A stretch of DNA of 63,513 nt, the filler included, from Craspedostauros australis (Eukaryota), in the NCBI GenBank assembly GCA_030167865.1. It is 10 parts of 10 records of this genome, joined end to end, with 100 filler letters (N's around TTAATTAATTAA, not from the genome) between each part and the next. Parts side by side here need not be neighbours in the genome. Positions count along the whole stretch, not along the records: positions 30,819 to 51,995 come from JALAGF010006000.1; positions 52,096 to 54,962 come from JALAGF010006001.1; positions 55,063 to 61,175 come from JALAGF010006002.1; 7 more parts are not named here. One strand, written 5' to 3'. The notes beneath the pieces were generated by a model, which saw only the letters and a program-made list of their open reading frames with translations, was not told where the DNA came from and did not search any database. The position numbers and the translations under genes were made by a program. This document shows positions 45,533-55,514 of this stretch, one piece after another. Numbering within the stretch: position 1 is the first letter of the stretch; each line of letters starts with the position of its first letter.

Positions 45533-48500
45533 TCAGTCGATGTCGGTCAGCACAGATATCTCGTCATCTTCGAAATTGCCATCAGGTGTGATGTCATCGC
45601 CAAACTTCGATCCAGCCATCGGCACTTCGGTCGAAGCCGTGACGCTAGAGTTGCTCTCCGATCGTTCGGCAAATCTATCCAGCCCCGCACATCTCGTGAT
45701 GATACCTCCAGTCAAGGCATCTCGTGTGATCCCGAAGAGGTAGTTGCCATTGCCATCATTGGTGAGTCGCGGCGGTCGAATGCGATTTGGACGGTTGAGA
45801 GCCTTCAGGTGCTTCTTGTGCCGCTGCGTGATGTCAGCGACCTTCGTCTTGCAGCCCCAGGCCTTGTAGTAGTCGACGGCATGGAGGAAGTAGTCACCGA
45901 CCATGTCACGTTCTCCATTACGAACATAGTGCTCGCCCGCCAGCTCGTTGGCAAGTGCAGCCTCGTGAAGGCAACCAGCATTAGTCGCCGCGATGATGGC
46001 GATGTTGTAGGCGTGCTGGATCTTGGGGCTCCGCTTGTTCTTGACTGTGGCCGAAAGCTCCTCGGCTTCCAGCAGGTGGACTTGATGGATCCATACCCTG
46101 CCTCTCGTCTTGTTGGCGTGCCGCGCTTTCTTGATTGACTTGCGCAGAGTCGCCAGGTGGCGGCGGCTTCTCGTTTGATGGTACTTGGCTGCTGCGATGA
46201 GCCCGGCAATGACGTTGTCCATAAAGATAACGAAGTAAGACGCGTCGGTCTTCGTCATCAGGAGGTAGTTTCGAGCCATCCCTTCCGCGATGTCATACTG
46301 CCGATGGTACAACGCGACGAGGGCTCCGCCGAAGCAGAAGAGAGAGTTCTCAAGGAGTTGGGAGCCATCCGGATTTTTGTTCTCGGCCTTGCGCTTCAAC
46401 GCCGTTTCCAGTTCGGCCCAATCGACCGGATCCTCGCGAAGAAATAGTCTGAACATATCCCGAAATCCCTTGATGAATTCAATGAATGATTGGATCTTGT
46501 AGCTGGACAGTTGATCGAGCACTGCGTCGGCCGACTTGAGCAACGACTCCAGCTCCAACCCGTGCAAAAAGCCCAGTGCGATGCAGGCTTGGTAGTTCAT
46601 CAAGCCAATATCAAATTCCCCGGCCTCCATCGACTCCAGATATCCCTTGCGGAACATCTGAAGCAGCTCTGGGAAAGAGGCGCTGAATGGCATGATGTAC
46701 ATCCCCTTGAGAAGATGAACATGGCCTTCAAACTGCTTCGCGCCCGTTTTCACCAGGATGGCATCCGCGAGATGCCGACAGCGCTCGGCCATAGGTTGAT
46801 CTCCCATGGCAGCAACCGCGAGCCCGTATGTTGTGAACGCCAGCGCCGATTCTCCGCTTATGCCATACTTGATGGTTGCACGCAGCATCCTGCAGAGGTT
46901 CAGGATCAGCATGATCCTGTTGTTGGTCACCTGCAGACGGGTGTTGAGGTCAGCCGCGATCTTCATCGCAAACATCTTTCTTGGGTCCGAAAGAAGCGGC
47001 ATCGCGAGAATGTCCTCGTTGGTATTCGTGCGCAGGAAGGACTTGATCTTGAGCATAGATTTGGCTATATGGAGCGAGTACCATCCCTTTGGGAACTCAT
47101 CCAACGTTCTCAACACTGTGACATCAAGGTCAAGTGCCTCCGTCTGCCGATCGTCACGGCCCAGCGCCCTCGCCATGGAATAGTACGTCGGGATCTTGTC
47201 ATCGAGCGACCTCGCTCTCTCCAGAATTTGGTTGCACAGTTCGTAGCCAACCTGGTACCGACTCAGGGATAGCTCAATGTCAGCTCGTGCACGATGGACC
47301 TGCAAGCACATGACGTAGTGCTCATCGCTGTCCCAAATTGACGAGCTGGCGCCCTGGCCATTTGCGCCGCCAAGGCTCTTGGAGGAATTGCTTGGGGATG
47401 CCTTGCGCGCAATCCTCACACGTCGCAGCGCGGCATGGGCCTTCTGCAAGTACACGGCGGCAGATTCGAGGGCCGCGATTTCGGATGCCCTTTGACCGAC
47501 CTCCAGATTCATCGTGGCAGAAAAGACGTGGTCCTTCGTCTGCACGCTGTTCAAATGGTCCGCCGCCACGAAGAGGAGGCCATCATCCACGTCGAAGTCG
47601 GAGAAGGCGGAAACGGAAGTCTCGGTGGATGTTGTGGAATGCGTGGATTGGGAGCATATTGCGTTCTTGTCTTCGTCCTTGCCTTGGTGTGGGATTCCAT
47701 CGCTCGCGTTGGATCCATGCGCACGGCCGTTCTCGTGCTGGTGTTGGAAGCGGAGCCGCATGGAACGGCACATCTTCAACAAGCAGCGGCCGATTCGCAC
47801 GCGCAGCTTTTCGCGCGCCTCACCGAACGGGATCAATCCGTAAGCAGCCTGCTGGATGCTGTCGTGCACAAAATGGTACCTGGTGCCTCCGATGGTGTTG
47901 GAGATCAGACGTTCCAGAACGGCAGCCTCCAGCATGTCGGAGAGCTCCTGTGTGGTGGATATGCCGCCCATCTCAGCGACCTCTCCATCCACATGCTTGC
48001 ACTCGTTCTTGAGCACCCGAAGCAAAACTGAGATGTCGAACATCGATCGGATGTACGCCGCGATGGACAGCACTTGCTGCAGCTGCTTCGGAAGCTCGCA
48101 CAGCTTGGATTCGATGATGCCAGTGAGGTTGTTGCTGATGGGCAGCTGGGTGCTGCTGGCGATGCTCTTGTCATCGCGCTGATCCACGTGCTTGGTCTTG
48201 CGCCTGCGTTTTTGAAGGTTCCACTCCCATTGGAAGGATATGCGACTGAAGACGAGGAAGTTTTTCCGTTCAAGGTCTTCGAGTGCTTGCAAGGTGAAGA
48301 AGATGTTGCCGTGCGTCTTGGCATGGAGCTTCCTGGCAAGAATCTCGACGTCGTCGCACTGCAGCATGGTCGAAAGCCACGCGGTCATGTCATGTTGTGA
48401 GAGGTTGGTGATCTTGATCTGGCGGAGGCTTCGTGGATGACGGTGTGCGCCAGCTTGGGACATTGGCGTGGTTGCAGTTGTGGCTGATGCGCCATCAGCC

Positions 48501-49756
48501 TCGTTTCGGTTGCCATCTTCACCTTCATCCTCGCCTGGTGACAATGGTGTGACGAAACATTGCGCTAACGGGTGGTCGGGAGAGAGATCCACTGGTTCGT
48601 CGCAGTGTGGGTTGGCCTCCTGACGGATGGCGCCCAGCAGCAAGAAGTTCTTCAACCCCGTGTCATCGACGAGCTTCGCAAGCAAACTCAAGCCGATGCT
48701 GGCGGACCACTGCAGATCGTCCAAGAACATGTAGATGGGTCGCTTCTTGGTCGAGATTGCCTTGATGAACTGCACAAAGACATACCGCAGCTGATTCCAG
48801 GTCTTTTCGGTGAGGACCCCGCCTGATATCGGCAGAGAGGATTCACCGATGGTGTCCTCTTTGCTTTCAGCGATGCTGTCGCCAAAGCGATTATCGCCGC
48901 GGCTGCCTGAACGAAGAGTCATGGACGTCTCCCTTCGGACCGTCCGCGTTGGTGACAGGATGGAAAGAGAAGGTACCACTTTCACCAACGGACGGAATCC
49001 GCCGGTGGGAAAGGCCACTCGCACACACTCGCGGATTCGATGGAGCTCTTCTTTGGGACCGCGCTTGAGCTGGGATACGAAATCCTGGATGGCGTGCACG
49101 ATGGCAGAGAATGGGTCGCTCTGGCCAGTGTATTCATCGTACTTCCCGCGCAAGATGTAACAGCACGAGCAGGACGGCGACGATTCGGAAGTCGGCTTCG
49201 TTGTCGCTGGTGGTGAACGCTGTTGGGTTCCGTCCTTTTCCTTGGGCTGGCCTGGCCGAGTGTTGCAAATGCAGCATGTCCGCAAGAAGTGATCGATGAG
49301 TGTGGACTTGCCCGTGCCGCTAACACCCCAGACCAGCACGGCTGGATACGTATCCACCCTTTTGCTTGCAGGTCGTTCGGCAGATTCCTTGCTGACGGAC
49401 CCACACGAGGTTGTGTCTTGCCCGATGACTTGTTCCTTCAAGTCTTTGAGCTGCCGCAGCTCGGCCTCTCTGCCGAGGAAGCAGGACGACTGCCTCCACG
49501 GAGCAACACCACCGTTCGAAGTGGATGGATCTTGCAATGCGACGACTGTTTCGCCAACATCAGTACCGGTGTAGCTGTGCTGGCCAGAAGCGGAGGCGGA
49601 AATGGAAGTTGCAGCGAGGAAGGTCGACGGAAGGTCGTTGAAGTTCTGCTCCTCCTCAGTGTATCCATCATCATAGAACTCCCTTCCAGATGAGAAGTTG
49701 TTCGCATTGACATGCCTCGGTCGCTCGGCTGAGCTTTGTTGGATTTGCAGGTCCAT
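45533..49756 (-). CDS. STAND-class AAA ATPase with helical TPR-like C-terminal region (1407 aa, no intron needed)
   Basis: FLGREAELRQL, Walker A GVSGTGKS, GKYDE...DPFSAI, Walker B MFLDDLQWS, KTHGNIFF, YHFVHDSIQQAAY, AADHLN, and C-terminal HEAALANELAG...YKAWGCKTKV. This is the core seen in cyanobacterial HstK-type and fungal Chk1-type kinase-ATPase-HK proteins, but with no kinase or histidine-kinase domain here. Confidence 0.88.
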   Translation of the reverse strand: MDLQIQQSSAERPRHVNANNFSSGREFYDDGYTEEEQNFNDLPSTFLAATSISASASGQHSYTGTDVGETVVALQDPSTSNGGVAPWRQSSCFLGREAELRQLKDLKEQVIGQDTTSCGSVSKESAERPASKRVDTYPAVLVWGVSGTGKSTLIDHFLRTCCICNTRPGQPKEKDGTQQRSPPATTKPTSESSPSCSCCYILRGKYDEYTGQSDPFSAIVHAIQDFVSQLKRGPKEELHRIRECVRVAFPTGGFRPLVKVVPSLSILSPTRTVRRETSMTLRSGSRGDNRFGDSIAESKEDTIGESSLPISGGVLTEKTWNQLRYVFVQFIKAISTKKRPIYMFLDDLQWSASIGLSLLAKLVDDTGLKNFLLLGAIRQEANPHCDEPVDLSPDHPLAQCFVTPLSPGEDEGEDGNRNEADGASATTATTPMSQAGAHRHPRSLRQIKITNLSQHDMTAWLSTMLQCDDVEILARKLHAKTHGNIFFTLQALEDLERKNFLVFSRISFQWEWNLQKRRRKTKHVDQRDDKSIASSTQLPISNNLTGIIESKLCELPKQLQQVLSIAAYIRSMFDISVLLRVLKNECKHVDGEVAEMGGISTTQELSDMLEAAVLERLISNTIGGTRYHFVHDSIQQAAYGLIPFGEAREKLRVRIGRCLLKMCRSMRLRFQHQHENGRAHGSNASDGIPHQGKDEDKNAICSQSTHSTTSTETSVSAFSDFDVDDGLLFVAADHLNSVQTKDHVFSATMNLEVGQRASEIAALESAAVYLQKAHAALRRVRIARKASPSNSSKSLGGANGQGASSSIWDSDEHYVMCLQVHRARADIELSLSRYQVGYELCNQILERARSLDDKIPTYYSMARALGRDDRQTEALDLDVTVLRTLDEFPKGWYSLHIAKSMLKIKSFLRTNTNEDILAMPLLSDPRKMFAMKIAADLNTRLQVTNNRIMLILNLCRMLRATIKYGISGESALAFTTYGLAVAAMGDQPMAERCRHLADAILVKTGAKQFEGHVHLLKGMYIMPFSASFPELLQMFRKGYLESMEAGEFDIGLMNYQACIALGFLHGLELESLLKSADAVLDQLSSYKIQSFIEFIKGFRDMFRLFLREDPVDWAELETALKRKAENKNPDGSQLLENSLFCFGGALVALYHRQYDIAEGMARNYLLMTKTDASYFVIFMDNVIAGLIAAAKYHQTRSRRHLATLRKSIKKARHANKTRGRVWIHQVHLLEAEELSATVKNKRSPKIQHAYNIAIIAATNAGCLHEAALANELAGEHYVRNGERDMVGDYFLHAVDYYKAWGCKTKVADITQRHKKHLKALNRPNRIRPPRLTNDGNGNYLFGITRDALTGGIITRCAGLDRFAERSESNSSVTASTEVPMAGSKFGDDITPDGNFEDDEISVLTDID

Positions 49757-50772
49757 GGTGGAGGTAGAGCAGGGCAGAATACTCTACTCTATGAGTACGT
49801 ACAATGGGCACGACGGTCGAATTCGTATGTATGTTTGCAGTCGACGACGACAACGACGATGGTGATGATGAAGGTCAAGATGATGCCGACTCTATGGGAG
49901 ATGCTGATGCTGACTAGGATTGTGATTGTGATTGTGATTGTGGCACCTCTTCGTGAGATGCATGGTGCGGCATGGCGCCTGTTTCTGCTGGTATAGCTCG
50001 TACACATGTGTTATCACCACCCATCGCACCTCCGCACGGGTGCACCTGCCTCGTCCGAAGACGGGATCGCTGCTTGGGAGGCAACATGATTGGTATGGCA
50101 TCGCCTGGCCTTTTTCTGCCTGCCGAGGAGGCACTTCCGTTCATCGCCGGCCTGCCCATGCAGGTGCAGTATGGACGATGCTTTGTTGCCCTTGGATTGT
50201 TCTTGTTTGTCGACGTGTCCCTTCGGTTATTCGCTGCACTCGCGCGTAGGTGCCTTCCGTACGCATCGTTCACCTTTTGTGGCTTCGTGTGCGTTGTTCT
50301 CACGCCAGAACTGTATTCGTTTGTGGAATAGGAGATCGTATTGGCGACCGAGAACGCAGCCGAGCGATTTCATTTCAGAGTCCTCGTTTCGACAACACAA
50401 AACACTGCGCAGAAAAGACGGCCAGACATGAGCCAAGGTGGCGATTTGTGCCAATAATGTCACAGCGACGCGCATTGTGCACGGGCTTGGATTAGTTGGT
50501 CATGTCATCCCTTTCCACAACTATGAAGGAGAACCATAATATGAAGCAAGAAATATCAACAGTCACCAGGAACACCCAACATTTTGTCCGATTTTCACTT
50601 TTCTAGATCGTGACCTAATTTAACGGGACTTAATACACTGCGTTGAGACAGAAAAGTGAATCGCCTGAAATCCTGAAAATCGTAGATAGGGTTACGCTAT
50701 TGCTCTTNNNNNNNNNNNNNNNNNNNNNNNNNNNNNNNNNNNNNNNNNNNNNNNNNNNNNNNNNNNNNNNNN

Positions 50773-50885
50773 CCGGACAGACCGGACAAACCGGACAAAA
50801 CGACCGGACAGACCGGACAAACCGGACAAAATGACCGGACAGACCGGACAAAACAATCGAATCAACCGGACAGACCGGACAAAAC
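50773..50885 (+). repeat. (A/C)CCGGACA tandem motif array, probably the subterminal repeats of the adjacent DNA transposon
   Basis: About ten CCGGACA copies next to an N gap, ~240 bp beyond the transposase stop. Confidence 0.75.
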
Positions 50886-51125
50886 TCAAGAGTTTATCGA
50901 ACTATTTAACGGACGTTTGGTCGAATATAACGGACATTTGGATCGTGAAGAAACAGACAAAACTACTTCGCACTGAGTGACGCAAGCCAACCCAAACCAC
51001 AAGAACAGATCAGCGAAACAAGACAACAAGCCAGCTTCGCACTGAAGTATGGCATCATGCCAATGCAAATGTCCGGCTCTATTGCATTATGTGTGTTGTT
51101 CTTATTAATGTTTTGTGGTATGACA

Positions 51126-51995
51126 TCAAATCTTGAAGAGTTCTGCTCCATCATCCTGATGGTATTGCACAATGGCACAACTGGCTTCAAACACATGCTT
51201 CTGCTTTTCTGTGCCATGCAAAAAGTGATCTCCAGCATGCTGAAGAACTCCAGTCTCTCATTGAAGGTCTCATGATGCAACCGTGCTCTGCTCTTGAAGT
51301 TTTCAAGTTCNNNNNNNNNNNNNNNNNNNNNNNNNNNNNNNNNNNNNNNNNNNNNNNNNNCAAACCACAAGAACAGATCAGCGAAACAAGACAACAAGCC
51401 AGCTTCGCACTGAAGTATGGCATCATGCCAATGCAAATGTCCGGCTCTATTGCATTATGTGTGTTGTTCTTATTAATGTTTTGTGGTATGACATCAAATC
51501 TTGAAGAGTTCTGCTCCATCATCCTGATGGTATTGCACAATGGCACAACTGGCTTCAAACACATGCTTCTGCTTTTCTGTGCCATGCAAAAAGTGATCTC
51601 CAGCANNNNNNNNNNNNNNNNNNNNNNNNNNNNNNNNNNNNNNNNNNNNNNTGCTCTGCTCTTGAAGTTTTCAAGTTCTGGCCCATCGATCTCATTTGGT
51701 GTTCACATCATATTCTTTTTCATACGACTCGTCCTGTGCCCACGATCAGCAATGATGACTTTTCCGCCTGCGATCTGATGCAACAATCCTTCACAACAAA
51801 TAATCAAGTCATGTTTACCTCCTTGATGGAGCCTGTGGATCCAAACACACTTTAAGTGGTACACAGTGATTGCAATCTGGTATTTGAGAGCACCATGGTT
51901 GAACTTCTTCAAGCCCCATGCCAGATCTGTGTTGAGTGTTGAGTGTTTCTGCTCCCATGCATGAAAATCTGTGCTGTCAACTGTGGCAATGAAAG
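51126..51995 (-). pseudogene. Decayed PIF/Harbinger-type (DDE_Tnp_4-like) transposase
   Basis: FIATVDSTDF, KFNHGALKYQIAI, CVWI...GGKHDL, GKVIIADRG, FKSRARLHHETFNERL, and in a shifted frame HVFEASCAIVQY...LFKI-stop. In-frame TGA at 51703 and a frameshift. 51361-51678 duplicates 50993-51310. Confidence 0.82.
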
Positions 51996-52656
51996 NNNNN
52001 NNNNNNNNNNNNNNNNNNNNNNNNNNNNNNNNNNNNNNNTTAATTAATTAANNNNNNNNNNNNNNNNNNNNNNNNNNNNNNNNNNNNNNNNNNNNAGAGG
52101 CCTGAGAGCCCAAGCCGAGCCAACGAAGAACCTGCAGTTTGGGATTCGTCCCACGACGATCAGCACTGCACCCTCCGCCATCAACAGCACTCACAAGAAG
52201 GCGCTCAGCCCACCATTTTTGGGCCTCCCAGGCGGTCACTTCTTCGACATCAACCAGCGCCATCTTCATGAGCAAGACAGCAGCCACGTCGAGCTCTCTT
52301 TTCGCGCAGCATTCGCCTCTATCGACAAGCTGGTCGATACGAGCAGCCTGATCGCATTCTACCTCGATGGGTGCTTCTCTGGTGTCTGCTTCATCTGCGG
52401 TCACGTCTTCTGGCTACTCGCATATGCAGCCTTCTTGCTGTTTGTGCACTTCATCATCGTGGCAAAGACAGCAGGCTTCATCATTTCCTTTGTGAGAGGA
52501 ATCATCATCGTGCTCGTAAATGCTCTCTTTCATGGTCGACTCGCACGCACTCATGCCTGTCACTAAGATACCAAGATGGAGCAGCAACCAATGACAAGCA
52601 GGACCAATACATTCTATAATCCATTGATAAAGTAGTCAGATCGAGTCTAGTTTAAT

Positions 52657-53104
52657 CTATCCTCTTGTTGCCATGCGTTCCGCCTTTTCTCGTTTCATTT
52701 GCAACTGGTTGTTGAACTTCTGCGCTTTCACTTGTTGATAGAGGTGCTGTTTGAACTGCTTCAAATCAAATGCAGCGTACTCCTGTCGGCTTGCCTTGAG
52801 CTCGGCCGGTGTCATATGCAAATGTTTCAGTAGCTTTACATCCTCAACAAGCATGCGCTTGGCAAGGGACAAGTGCATGACAGGCTTCCCGTGAACGTCT
52901 CGTGGTTGCTGAGGATGCAGCTTGCGGTCGCGTTCGANCGCACGCAATTCGATTGCAGACCGGTCGCGATGCTTGCTCAGCCGCTTCTCAAACGTCTTGA
53001 AGTACTTCGCAAACACGGCGTGCGTCATTCCTGGGACTCTGAATTGATGCAATGCACGATAGTGCACCCACGCCTCGTCCACAGATACATCCTTCTCATG
53101 GAAT
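52657..53104 (-). CDS. Basic hypothetical protein fragment, putative accessory ORF of a diatom Harbinger-like transposon
   Basis: Open frame with DRKLHP...GKPV...AKRMLVEDV...PAELKASRQEYAAFDLKQFKQHLYQ. It resembles, from recall only, diatom hypothetical proteins found beside DDE transposases. Confidence 0.45.
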
Positions 53105-54302
53105 NNNNNNNNNNNNNNNNNNNNNNNNNNNNNNNNNNNNNNNNNNNNNNNNNNTTATTCACGAGTGATTGAGGCTGCTCCAATAGAACTGCGCTGGGCC
53201 CAATAACTCTTCATTTTTTGGAGCGAAACTCATTAATGAGAAACGCGTTTTCATTTACCATTTTATTTTACATTTTCGGGACTGGCTTTTCATTAATGAG
53301 AATATGAAAACCATTTTTTATTGTCCTTTTCATTTTTCTTTCCGGAGAGGTGTTGGGCGGGACTCGATAGCTTCAACAACAAATATCAATGTGCCTTGAA
53401 TGTGTTTGATTAAATATCATTGGCATTTCGATGTTACCCACTACTTAACCTATCATTCCCAACGCACTTCTGCAGTGGTGGAACTTCAAAATGATCACGA
53501 GACGCTGAGACTGAAGAAGAAGCGCGATGAGGTCGCACTAGTCGAATGTATGCTTGTTTGATGTATTTGCCGGGTGTCCCAGGTGAACTTCGGCGTGTTG
53601 GATGCCATCCTTGTTGCTTGCTTTTGATGTGGCTGGCAAAATTTCGAATGTGTGATGTTTCCCGATCATGTCCATCATCTCTGTCCAACATCAGCATCAG
53701 CACTCATACCAATCACAGCATGCATGCAACTTCTTGGTACCAGCGGTCCAACATGTGTTGCTGTGTTCGTCACTGCAAGTCCAACTACAAAATATCTTCG
53801 AGTTGCGTCCTGTCATCCTCCGCTGTCATCATACCATCCAATCGCCGGCGATATCCCATTTCATTCTTGCCGCCTTTGCTCGAATTTGGATCTGCATGGG
53901 GCTGGATAGTGTCTCATGTGTTTCGCAGCACTTCAATTTTGATCTTGCATGATAGTCTCTTCGACAGTCTTGCACATGAACAACATCGCACAGAAATCGC
54001 AATACTCAGGCTGGTGATTTGGTTTGGATGCCAGGCAAAAGCGCGCAGCCATCCAAGGATCCTTCTTCCGTTCAAGTTCGGTGGGAAATAGGGTTCGAAG
54101 CCAGCATTGGTCCCATCATCAGCTTTTGATTTGATGGGCGAGCAAGCCACACTGGGAACTTGCATGAAGCCGAGGTGGAACCCAGCTGATGACTAGCTCC
54201 TTGCTCAACACAGTGCATCAACACAGAGCGTCAACACAGAAAACGACGACGATGCATCTTGTGGCATCAGAACGAACAGGTATCATCACATAATCTTCTT
54301 GG

Positions 54303-54962
54303 ATGATGCAAACCATCGACAACACCAAAAATCAACGTAAGTCATTGAGTCGGAGCATCGCACTTGCTGTCGAACGTACAGGCAAAAGGAGGAACGCAAT
54401 CAGATTTGCCAGAGAGGTCTGTGACAAGAACACACCAGTGTTTGGTCTGCCAGGAAGTCAACTTCGTGTCCAAAGCAGCCGACAGTTCTCCACATTGAAG
54501 AGACGAAGCATCACAAGCTACATGTCATTCTTGGAAAAGGCTCACATCCAGCCAGGTGGGGGGACCCTCGCCGAGCTTGCGGATGATGGCAGCGATGACT
54601 TCGGCTGTGATGACATCAGTGACCTTGTTGACAGCCTCACCGACGCACTTGACTCCATCTCGCTGCACTCATCTACTGCTTCGTCGTCTGCAGCTTCTTC
54701 ATCAGCTACTTCTTTGCCTGTGCGTGCATCCACAAAACCTGCTCTGTCAGCCAAAGACGCCACCCCCGCGCAAGCACAGCAATCCAACGCCACCACGATG
54801 AATGCCAATTCTCTTTCTACCCCGTGCAAGACGGTGATCATCGAAAGCAAGCAATCAGAGACACCACAGCGTGTCCAAGTTGCTGAAGCAGCCTTCGCTT
54901 CCCCGGTTCCAGCGTTCTCTTCGCCGGTTCCAATCTTCGCGTCACCTGTCTTGACCCCGCAT
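54303..54962 (+). CDS. Hypothetical protein, 3' truncated (basic helical N-terminus, S/A/P-rich tail); possibly transposon-associated
   Basis: 220+ codon ORF with VCDKNTPVFGLPGSQLR...LKRRSITSY...L, followed by acidic and Ser-rich low complexity. Confidence 0.45.
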
Positions 54963-55062
54963 NNNNNNNNNNNNNNNNNNNNNNNNNNNNNNNNNNNNNN
55001 NNNNNNTTAATTAATTAANNNNNNNNNNNNNNNNNNNNNNNNNNNNNNNNNNNNNNNNNNNN

Positions 55063-55514
55063 CCTACTGACGTCGACAGGATGTCATCATGTCACCACGT
55101 CGACATCTGTCTCCAAGTCAGAGCAGGAGGCGAAGATCCGATGACCAAAGGACATCAGCATCATGGATACAGAAGGTGAACTTCAAATGGCGAGTACTCA
55201 TGGAGTAGGAACCAGTACTGAATGAACGGAGTGTCGAATACGGAGTACGTATCGAACACGGAGTATCGTGCGCGACGAGCACACGATGTTGAGAGAGAGA
55301 GAGAATACAGAGAGGAGCAAGAGAGCATCTCGCGTACCGACTCATAGTCGGAGACCGAATCTACGAAACAGATTGAAGCGCCGAGAGCATCGGGCAAGAG
55401 AACGGCGTACACCGAGAGCATCGGAGTAACCAACTAATGAAATAGCAAACAGAAGACTATCAACCAACACCATCTTCCACGATCGTAGGTTACCGTGCGC
55501 GGAACTTGCCAACA
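55063..55514 (+). mobile_element. Partial LTR (3' or solo) of the family at 14220-15004
   Basis: Reverse-complement match to 14220-14661, ending in CCAACA and followed by unrelated sequence rather than the gag leader. Confidence 0.82.

Noticed and set aside
45533..49756. Bacterial contamination or a recent horizontal transfer
   Set aside because: The gene is contiguous with plastid-targeted nuclear genes, has eukaryote-like low-complexity insertions, and has a paralogue in the same assembly.
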